Source: Trichodelitschia bisporula (Eukaryota). Taken from it: 64,000 nucleotides of DNA. The stretch is taken from positions 403,697 to 467,696 of the forward strand of contig ML996699.1 in assembly GCA_010356995.1 (NCBI GenBank), read 5' to 3'. The notes under the pieces are model-generated. The model made no database searches and was not told the DNA's origin. It saw only the letters and a program-made list of their open reading frames with translations. The first letter of the stretch is position 1. The number at the start of each line of letters is the position of its first letter. The translations under genes and the position numbers were made by a program. Positions 1 through 9,938 of the stretch are shown one piece after another.

Positions 1-2820
1 GTCAACTGAACTCGAACTCTCCTTCGGGGATGTCCTCTCAACATCACGTTCCCGTATCTTAGCGTCATGGTCCTCGTTCCAATCGTCATCTTCCGGAGAA
101 GTAGGAGAGTCGGGTAGATCAAGGATACTACCGGACGGAGCTGACTTGCGGTAGGCCGTACTAGCTAAGACACGGCTGCGCTTGGGAATCGGAGCCTCGA
201 GCTTGTCTTCGCGTACGGAAATCGGAGTCTCCTCCATGGGTGTCCTTTCAACACCCTGGGCCGGAGGGGCAGGAGGATCAGGTTGATCAAGGACACCACC
301 GGACAGAGCTGACTTGCGGGCAGCCCCCAATCTTTTGAAGTACTCTCTACCTGATATTCCGGGAGGGCGGGTGCGCTTGCTGGGCGGAGCCTCAGATTTA
401 TCCAGGACCTCACCGGGTCGAACCGACTCGTGGTACGCATTCATGGCTTCGTTGTACCTGAAGTCGTGGTTGTGCGTGGAATGCGGAGTCTCCTGCCGGG
501 GTGTCCTCTCATCATCATGACCCGGACACTCATCACCATGTTCTGGACAAGGAGGAGAATCGGGTAGATCAAGGACACCACCGGACGTAGCTGACTTGCG
601 TATAGCCCTCATTTTCAGAGAACAGTCTGGATTTGATGTTGCGGGAAAGCGGATACCCTTGCTGGGCGGAGCCTCTAACCTTTTCCCAGGCCGTCGATGT
701 GATAGCACGTTCTCCTGAGGTTCTCCGGGCTGTTAGCATAAACTGCTTGGCTTCATATAGGCTAGGGGCTTACCTGCTCCCTGCGGCGTACCCGATATTG
801 TCGCATCGTCATCGACGAAACCGTAGCCTTGGGCGGGCCCTAAAATATCGCGCAGGGACGGGATCAGATATCGCGGATGCGGACACCACTCGTCTCCTAG
901 GCTAGCTGCTACCTCCTCCGCATCCGGCGCGGCGCCTTCCCAGCCGGCCTCAAGCCACGTGATTGCCAGGTTAACGTCGCCGACCTGGAATGCCTCAAGG
1001 AGTGGCCGCCCGCGGCCCCCGTCTCGCAACAAGCCGCTCTTCCTCCGGTCTAGAAAGGCGCGCGCAAGGGAGCCAAGGACTTCCGACTCGCTGCGGTGAT
1101 CCAATAGGGAGAGGCGGGCAAGGCGGGCGAGGCGCTTAAGCAATGTGCTCGACGGTTTCCCCTCCGGCCGCTGAACTAGGGCGGTTGGGTCGAGGAGGAG
1201 GCTGCTAAGTCTCTTGTAGCCGGTGTCGCGTATCGTCTTCATGTCTCGCCTCCACCGGGCGTCTGTGATGCGCTCGTCACTGCGGTGATTCTTTAGTTCC
1301 CCCACGGTCGCGTCCTCCAGGTGTGTTCTCTCAACATCCGGGATCGGAGGCGTAGGAGGAGCAGGATGCTCAGGAATACTATAGGACGGAGCATCATGAT
1401 TGAAGATACCGCCGGGCGGGGCAGGATGATCTAGGACACCACTGGACGGAGCAGGGTAATTATGAACACCACCAGACGGAACAGGATAATTAAAGACCCC
1501 ACCGGACGGGGCAGGATAGTCAGGAACACCACCGGCCGGAACAGGATGATCACGAACACCACCGGACGGAGCTGACTCGCGGTGGGCCTTACTGGCTAGG
1601 AGACGGTAGCGCTCTGGGACTGGAGCTTCGAGCACGTCTTCGTGTACGGAAATCGGTGTCTCCTCCGGGTGTCTCCTATCAACATCCTGGGCCGGGGGAG
1701 TAGGAGAAGCAGGTTGATCAAGGATACTACTGGACGGAGCAGACTTGCGGGCAGCCTTTGAGGCAAAGCCAATCCTTGGTTTGCTGATACGGGCGCGTTT
1801 GGGGTTCGGAGCCTCGAGCTCGCCTTCGTATCCGGAAACCGCCTCTGGGGCTGTCGACTCAACATGTTGGGCCGAAGAGGTGGTAGAATCAGGTTGATCG
1901 AGGCCTTGGACACCACAGAACAGAGCTGACTGGCGGGCTGACTTATTGGCCACAAACTTCGATGCTGAGCCTGGAACACTGGGGCGCTTGCCGTTCGAAG
2001 CGTCGAGCTCGTCTCCGTTTATGGAAGCTGGCTGATTGTTCCGCACAACTCTGGCCCACTCTTCCCATGTCTTCGGAGTAATCTCGTCCATAGCAGGCGG
2101 TGAGAAAACGGATCCTTCGACAGCTCGCTCGGCGTTGTTGCGGGCGGCGGCGCGGAAATTCTTCAACATCCGGTGCAGTTTGTTCCGGATGGTACCCGTA
2201 CTGCGGGACGGGAGCTGCTTCGCTATTTCCGGGAACGTCATACCCTTGGCACGACTATTGATGATGATGGCACATTCCTCATCAGTGAAGAGGGGCATTT
2301 TTTCAGGGCTGAGGGGGGTTTGGTCCTCAATGCCAGTATTGTCGCTGTTGTCTCCGGCGAAAGGAGCACTAGTAGGAGCACGGGATGGCGATTCAGTGTG
2401 ATTCCCGTCCAGCCTCGATGAAAATGGGGGGTTCCCGTTGCTATCCGAAGGTGAATTCAACTCATACAGATCGCGGCGGCGCTTGTTTGACGGTCGTGCC
2501 GGTGATACGTCGGGATCGGCAAGGTCCTCGACGCTTGGCCGGAGCAGCATACTCGGCCGTATAAGCTTGCCCGTTGATACCCGCGATCCGGAGATTTCGC
2601 CCGCATTGGACCGCGCTGACAACTTGTTCGATGGCGTATGCTGAGTACGAGAGGACTTGAGTAACATTGCGGATTCGGCGGCAGAGGGTAGTTTAGGAGT
2701 GACAGCTTCGCTAGTCGTGCCTCCCACAACTTCAGCACCGGGCAGCCACCCCTGAGCTCGCTTGCCAGGTGTACTGCCCAGGGAGCCGAAGCTGTTGCGT
2801 CCGTGATGCTCACGTGCCAT
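1..2820 (-). CDS. Myb/SANT-like domain protein with repeated histone H3 K27-tail-like modules (3' end lies beyond the window edge)
   Basis: ORF 2820..733. After the single TAA (735-733) the same frame is open from 732 to base 1 and encodes more copies of the same module. The TAA lies in a CTAAC branch site downstream of a GTAAGC donor at 773, so it is probably intronic. Myb-like segment LFTDEECAIIINSRAKGMTFPEIAKQLPSRSTGTIRNKLHRMLK at 2161-2292. Confidence 0.8.
1363..1572 (-). repeat. Coding tandem repeat, 30 nt / 10 aa x7 (APSGGVRDHP-like)
   Basis: Translation: APSGGVRDHP VPAGGVPDYP APSGGVFNYP VPSGGVHNYP APSSGVLDHP APPGGIFNHD APSYSIPEHP. Confidence 0.9.
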
Positions 2821-3265
2821 GGAAGGAACGGAGCAGACGACGTTGTACGCGGTCCAGGGTTAGGGTTAATCGGGTGGTTGGGAAGACGAAAAGATAATGA
2901 AGCTCGTAGTCGAAGAAAGATGTTGTGAAATTGTGGGCGTTAGAGGTTCGGCAAATAGCGTAGATGGCAACAGTGATCAGTTCGACAGGATGATATTGCT
3001 GGTCGGGCGGAGGGGGGGATGGTTTGCACAAAAGAGAGACAACGTTGGTGGACGCGTAGACGGAACGAGAGCTTTGGCCAGTCCGGCGGGTAAGGCGTTT
3101 GGAATCGCGCTAACAGGGGTAGTTGCGCACGGTTCCCGTGACTGCGGGGCTAGGATTTGGGGAGTGGCGGGGTGAAAGCAGCTACGAGGTACTCCACCAA
3201 AAAGTCCAACATCACCATATCTTGGCCTATAAACTTCTTTAACGTTGGATTCTGGTGTTTTCATC

Positions 3266-4736
3266 ATGCCCGACACTCCTTCTTCTCGGGGTCTACAAGT
3301 CCTCGACCCCGCATCCTTAACATTTACTACTCCTGCGAAAAAGATCCACAATGAAGCCGACGTCGACGTCTGGAAGACCACCGCCGCCTACGCTGACATC
3401 CTCACCTTCCTGCACCTCCTCAATGCCGCCATGTTTCCGCATATAGAGCCTGGAGCGTCCGCAAATGTCCAATACTGGGAGCTCGACAGTCCCGCGGTGC
3501 CTCTCTCCTCGCCCGTCCTGCAGCTCCAAGCCCTCCTTGCCGCCCTCGATGAGCTTATCGCTTCTGCTCCACCCGCCACTGGCCCGCGCCGCTTTGGCAA
3601 CGTCGCCTTCCGCGTGTGGTATAAGCTTGCGGAGGATAAGCTTGATGAGCTGCTGGATACACACGTGCCGAAGCCGGCTCTGGCAGCACGCGTCGAGCTG
3701 CGCTCATATCTGCTAGGGAGTTTCGGGAGCGCACAGCGGCTGGACTACGGGACGGGCCACGAGTTGAGCTTCTTGGCTTTTCTCGGGGGTCTATGGAAGA
3801 TGGGCGTGTTTGAGACGGGGACAAACGGGATAGAGGAGCGGGGAATCGTGCTGGGGGTTATCGAGCCGTGAGTCGTACCACTTCATGTTCGCCCTGTCTA
3901 ATCCCCGTCACAGCTACCTCCGCCTCATCCGCCGCCTCATCCTAACCTACAATCTCGAGCCTGCAGGCTCCCACGGCGTCTGGGGTCTAGACGACCACTC
4001 CTTCCTCCCCTACATCTTCGGCTCCGCCCAGCTCAGCCCCCCCGTAAGCGACCTGTTCCACCTCCCAACCGAAGGCTCCGCGTCCAACGCCCCCGATCCC
4101 CCCGATGTCACAAAGAAACCCGTCGTCGAGCGTGAGCGCACCCGCAACATGTACTTCAGCGCCATCGGCTTCATCAACGACGTCAAGCGCGGGCCCTTCT
4201 GGGAACACAGCCCGATCCTGTTCGATATCTCGGGCGTCAAGGCGGGGTGGGCGAAGATTAATATCGGAATGATGAAGATGTATGCTGCGGAGGTTCTTGC
4301 TAAGTTTCCGGTTATCCAACACTTTCCTTTCGGAGCCTTGTTTTCTTGGGAGCGTGCACCGGGTCTGCCTCCTGCACCGGAGTATTCGAACCCGGCGCCG
4401 ATGGCGAGGCCGACTGCGACGCAAGCTGGTGCTGGGACTGCTGCACCGTGGACCGCTGCTGGATCTCAGGGAGCCTCGGCGCGCATGCCGCCTCCCCCTC
4501 AGGCTGGAACGGGAACAGCTGCGCCATGGGCTGCAGCTGGATCACAGGCTGCCTCGGCGCGCATGCCTCCTCCCCAGGCTGGTAGAGGAACAGCTGCTCC
4601 ATGGGCTTCGACGGGCTCACAGGGCGCGTCGGCGCGTATGCCGCCTCCGACCGGGACACGGGCACCGTTCACATCAACAACGCGGGCTCCCATGGGACCG
4701 CCTGATTTTGGAGGAGAGCATGGGACTGGACCTTGA
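3266..4736 (+). CDS. RRD1: Serine/threonine-protein phosphatase 2A activator (PTPA family, Rrd1-like)
   Basis: PTPA motifs [74 protein letters not shown]. Intron 3868-3913 (GTGAGT..CAG) joins the two ORFs in frame. Confidence 0.93.
4425..4649 (+). repeat. Coding tandem repeat, ~75-78 nt x3 ([24 protein letters not shown])
   Basis: Three similar units in the C-terminal tail of the PTPA protein. Confidence 0.85.
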
Positions 4737-5176
4737 ATTGACGATTGTTTTACGATACAAAAGCTGGGATAGAGCGGGTTCATAAGAAAGGCGTCGGGAT
4801 ATCCGCTGTACGTATGACCACGGGCATTAAGGTTAGATGGACTGGAGTTCAAGGCGTCGTAGCCTTACATACGTGTAGGGGCTAATCAAGTGAATAGAAA
4901 AGGACCGTGGTGCTCTGCGGCTCAAGTTTTCCTGCTCCTTCTCGTCCTCAACCCTAACCCTGACAGGCCTGTCCAGCCAAACCTCCACCCGGCATCAAAA
5001 CCAAGTATGCATCTATTACGAACCAAAATGACCACCCAATCTCGTACACAAAGACATCAAGAAAAGAAGGAAAAAGCGGACGTCGACCAGGTCCAGTCCA
5101 ATCCCAACGCCCATACAAGTCCATCGCGCACGCAAAGCAGCAGTCCGTCCACCCATTTTCACCCCATATGCTCCCT

Positions 5177-6834
5177 CTAATCCACATCCGTAACCGCAAC
5201 CACAGGAATTGGCATCGCATACACCCCACCCCCCTTAGCCCCAAAGACCGTAACATCCCCAAACTCGACCTTCTTCGGCGACTCAGGCTTGTGCCCGCCG
5301 GTCCCGTTGCCGTTGATTAGGATCCCGTTCCCGTTCTCGGCCGGCGGGGTGGGATGTCCATTCGCATGGCCATTCGCCCCGTCTGCGTCCTTCTCGATGT
5401 GGCCGTTCGTCATCGTCCCTCCATCTTCGATACTGGGGCTTGGCATCGGGACTGCGATTTCCGGAGGCTCGATCTCAGGCATTTTTCCTTGTTCTGGTCC
5501 CGTTTCGGCTTTACCTCTACTGACGCCGACCCGGGGCAGGATATCCCACCCCCGCATCTCCCCCAGCATACCTACTCCCACCGCCACACAAACCAACCAA
5601 CCCGCCCACCCCGCAGTCGCCAAATGCGGGAAAAGCGCCACGAACGCAAGCACAGCGACCTGCCCCACCATTAGCCTCCAATCATCAATCCCCATCACCC
5701 TACTCACCAACGCCATAACCCTCCCCTCTTCCCTCCCCCCAACCACCCTAACCTTCCCTGCCATCTCCCCTCCCCGCCCAACAGCAAGCACCTTAACACA
5801 CTTCCCCACCGCGCCCACTCTTGCCGCGAGATACTCCCCCTCCACCCTCGCGCCCCCGGCCACGCATTGCAGCTCCTGTGCCTTCGCCGCGAGGTCGGCG
5901 GGGAGGGGGGGCGTGGATAGGGTGCTGAGTTGGGATTCGTGTGTCCTCGCCGCGTAGATGGCGAAGGCGAGGTCGCTGGAGAGGCGGGCGGCGTCGCGGG
6001 CTGTGGCTTCGACGTCTACATTTTGTCCCGGGGGAGTCTGTGAGATTGGGCCGGCGGGACTGGGGTCCGTGAGATCGGTTGGCACGGCGGGCGTACAGGC
6101 CCGGACCTGGCCTTCTAGGTTCTGAACGCGGGTCCGGCTTGCGTCGAGTAGGAAGCGCAGGCGGTCGGTGCGCAGATCGAGCAGCAGAAGGGGCAGGAAC
6201 GCGGTATGCCTTGTCGTCTCGACCGGGGCGTGGATAGCAGCGCGAAGTGTGGAGAGCAACTGCGCCGTTTCCGGCCTGCGCAGACCGTGGAGCAGGGCCG
6301 TTGTTGTACGGTTCGCAGTATGGAGGGTCTGGGCGAGGGAGAAGTGGTAGTTTGTTGTTTGGTAGGTTTGGAGCGTAGTAGAAGTGGGGGTGGCGAGGAG
6401 GTGCGCGTCGTTCCGGCTAAGCGTTTTGAGGTGTGAGGTGGGGAGGGAGAAGGTCGATGCGAGATGGGGGTAGAGGGTGATGGGGAGGGGGAGAGGGAGG
6501 AGCGTGTATGTTCCTTCTGGGATGGTGGGGGAGCGGGGGGTTATTCTGGTTTGTTAGTTGGGTCGTTGAATGAGGGGGGACGCGTACAGGAGCCGGATCC
6601 GCCAACCCTTTGAGCGTGGTGCTGTGTCGGCTAGCCAGGCAGGGATGTCGGCTTGGGAGAGGTCTTTGCGGTCGAGGGTTGCGTGGGCGGGGTTCTGGAT
6701 GGTTAGATGGGGTGAAGAGGGGACGAGAGCTCGTAACCTACGTCTGGAAGCCAAATCTCAACGCCGACGACGACAGGCTCCGGCGCGAAGGTCTTGGGGT
6801 GCCGGCGGAGGCGGGCGGCGTGGTAGTCGTCCAT
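5177..6834 (-). CDS. Multi-exon membrane protein with a helical region followed by two hydrophobic helices (possibly a divergent CorA-like protein)
   Basis: ATG at 6834 (MDDYHAARLRRHPKTF...), short introns with CTAAC branch sites near 6700-6740 and 6545-6585, long ORF 6259-5177 with hydrophobic VAVLAFVALFP / WLVCVAVGVGML. Exact exon boundaries are uncertain. Confidence 0.55.
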
Positions 6835-6847
6835 ATCCGCTGCGTGA

Positions 6848-6914
6848 GTATCAAGGCTCGTCTCTGTGGTGGGTGTATCAAGGCTCGTCTCTGTGGTGGG
6901 TGTATCAAGGCTCG
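6848..6914. repeat. 27-bp tandem repeat, ~2.5 copies (GTATCAAGGCTCGTCTCTGTGGTGGGT)
   Basis: Directly visible, immediately upstream of the minus-strand ATG at 6834. Confidence 0.9.
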
Positions 6915-8185
6915 AAGCGCTCGAAGCAGGTGAAGTTCAAACTCAAATTCTCAAGATCTCAACGTCGTCTATCCAAACTCAGGAGATTGAAGCTGACAAC
7001 CCAGACGATCAGCGGCACCCGGGCCTAATATCTCCCCCCATTCCCCGCCGCCACGCCCACACTGACACCGTGCAAAGCGAAAATGTCTCGAGGCTACCCC
7101 CCGCCCGTACTCCGGGCGTTGGAGTGACCGGCGGCGATTCGCGCGCGACGTTCCGCGGCGGGGCCGTAGGCCCGGGCGCGGCTTACCACTTGCTTCACTT
7201 GTCGTTCTCGTCAGGACGGGATTGATGTCAATGGGTGGGTTTCGCTGCCCGGCGGCGCGGGTCAGGTTTGCTGGCTACTTGCTTGCCAGCTGCGGCGTCG
7301 ATGCGGACTGAAATGGGGATGGCTATGCAAGGCGTAACGTTTCTCTCGACGAAGCTGGATATGAGGCATGCTGGCCTCGGGAGAAAATGTGCTGGCCGTG
7401 TGTACCGTAGCGGCAGCGGGTGGACGCCACAAGGCGTACCTGTCCCGCTGGGCTGAAACATGCACAAAAGGTCGTGAACGTCGACACACGTCTTCAGGCA
7501 CAACCAACAGACAACGCAGCTGGTCCCCGCAACGGGGCTCTGGGGAACCGAAGATAGATATATGTCGCCTGTTGGCTGCCACCTGGCAAGCACCCGCTGT
7601 GTCGGGGCGGGGACATGTCCGGCGGACTTTGCGGCTGTGCTAATACAGCGGAATGCAATGGGTAGCCGTTGGATGGGCGTGTTTGGCGTTGGCTGCGCGG
7701 GTGAAACACGGCGTCGGAAGGGGGGGGGGGTGATCGCGAGCGGTGATATTCGCTGGATGTGATGGAATGGGACAGGTACGGATGTACTCTGTATGCGTGG
7801 TTACCAGAGCCGCTAAAAAGGTAGTTAAAGAAGCAGCTACTGTAGTAAATAGCAACGACATAACACTCGTCTGCACAGCCCCAGTATCAAACGCTCAACC
7901 AAACAACCATCCCTCATCAATTTCGCCCACATGTCGAATCACCAATTACCCCCGCCCCAGCCTCACCCCAAATACCCGCGCGCCCTATTCGCGCGCCCAG
8001 CCCCAGCCCCCCGCCGCTAGCCGCGCTGTCACACAGGCCACACCCAGCCAGGCCACCACCACGGGACCTCGAGCAGAGCTTCACCACCTTCCACTCACCC
8101 ACCGTCATCCGACAAACCCCATCACCACGTCCCCTCACAACCCAATTATCACCATCACCACCGCCTCGTGCGAAGATCCGGAATC

Positions 8186-8813
8186 ATGCCCGGCGTCCGT
8201 ACGTCACCCACCTCAATCCCCACATGCTCCACAAATTCGCGCACCCCTACCTAACCCACGCTAACCCCTCCGCACAGCCCCTGACGCGATCAACATCGTG
8301 AAGAAGTCCTTCCGCAGCCTCTTCAAGCGCAAGAAGAAGCCCGCGGCCACAGAGGAGCAAACTGCTGAATCCTCTACTGCACCCACGGCTACCACGACCA
8401 CCGCCCCGACCGCGACCGAGTCCGCTCCCGCCGCGGCCCCCGCTACTGCCCCCGCCGCCGAAGCCGCGAAGACAACCGAAGCGCCGAAGGACACACCCGC
8501 TGCGCCCGCGCCTGCCGCCGCCCCGACCACGGCGCAGCCCGACGCGCCCAAGGACGCAGCTGCGACGGAGGCGCCCAAGGCTGCGGAGAAAGAGGACCCG
8601 GCTGCACCGGCTCCTACCGCCGCTCCCGCTGCGGCGCCACCTGTGTCTCCCGCTACTATCCCAGCTACGGTGACGCTGGAAGCGCCTGTGGCGGAAGCGA
8701 AGCAGTCGACGGCGACGCAGGCGCCTGTGCCGGCGGCTGCGGCTGCTGAACCACCGATGGTGGCGACGAGTGGGCCGTTGGATGATAATCCTGTGCTTGG
8801 GAAGGCGACTTAG
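8186..8813 (+). CDS. Small Ala/Pro/Thr-rich hypothetical protein with a basic N-terminal patch (SFRSLFKRKKK)
   Basis: ATG 8186; intron 8199-8277 (GTACGT..CTAAC..CAG) splices in frame to ORF 8298-8813. Confidence 0.75.
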
Positions 8814-9938
8814 GGGATTGGGAGGAGTGGGATGGGATGGCGGTGCTTTTACTTCTGTCTGGTGGGGCGCGTGTTAGGACCTATACCCGAGCTGGTTTGT
8901 TTGTGATTTGTTCCAGGTGGGGGTTAGGTAATTGATGTCTTTGACGTCTTTGAAGAGTTGAGTGTGTGAGGGTGTGTGCCCGTAAGATTACATGTTGCCT
9001 CATTTAGGTCTTCACACTCGTGACTGCTTTCAAGTCGGCACTGTCTGCCAAATCAAAGGGCCGCCCGTGAAAATCATGACAGCCCTGCGTGGTTCTCTTT
9101 GCGGACAGGGACGGTCCCAACCCTTTGGTGGCCCAAGGACCCTGCCTCTATTCAAGTTTGTCCGTGTGCTGCCCTCGATGCAGACCCAGACGCCCATCCA
9201 GATGTAGACATAAGGCAGCATGGTTATACGTAGTATCAGTGGGGAGCATACGGGTGTACTTCTCTGATGGAAAGACATGACGTAATGTGCTCATGGCCGA
9301 AGAAAGGAACAACGGAAGATATCTGATATTCGTTCCAGAGAGCCTCTTGATTCTCTGCATCACCGACAACATCGACTGGCTGAGCAGAGTCGGCCAGCAG
9401 CACCAATCAGCCCGACAGCAAGCAGAAGCTAGGCCGGCTGCATGCATAAGCTCTGCTGGTCTGGGCAAACAAAACACCAAAGACGCCTATCCAAGTGTCG
9501 AATTGGCGGGATTTGTTCATTGGGATTGATATAAAGTGTGTACAAAGAAGGTGCTGCAACTGCAAACTGCACGTGCGAGTCCGAGTAAGAAGGCGCCACA
9601 TCACGGGCGGCGGCGGCACGGCAGTGTGATGATGATCCGCCGCTTGCTGGGGAGAGGGGAGATGAGCAGCGCGGGGAATACTGGTTTACTTCTGCACCTC
9701 TACATTCTGATGCCATTTTGAATCTCCCTTGCTTTACTCCTCGACTTGCTGCTCTATCTACTGGTCCCTAGCAAATTGAGACACAACCTTACCCTTCACC
9801 TCGATTCACTCACCCTTTTAACGTCACATCACCATGATCTTGCGGAGCTGAGCTGCGCTTCCTCTTCTCCAGCACCCATCGTTTCACCGCTCTCCAGCAC
9901 TCCCTTACGTAGACCCATTTCGCACAAGTAACCTCACG

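Noticed and set aside
1..2820. A true histone H3 or CENP-A gene
   Set aside because: Only tail residues ~20-35 are matched; no KPHRY or histone-fold sequence is present in the window.
2785..2820. N-terminus MAREHHGRNSFG as an H3 K4/K9 mimic
   Set aside because: Only AR and RxS match, with the wrong spacing and no lysines; likely chance.
2856..2868. Telomere-like AGGGTTAGGGTTA upstream of the Myb gene
   Set aside because: Only about two units; expected by chance and not an interstitial telomere array.
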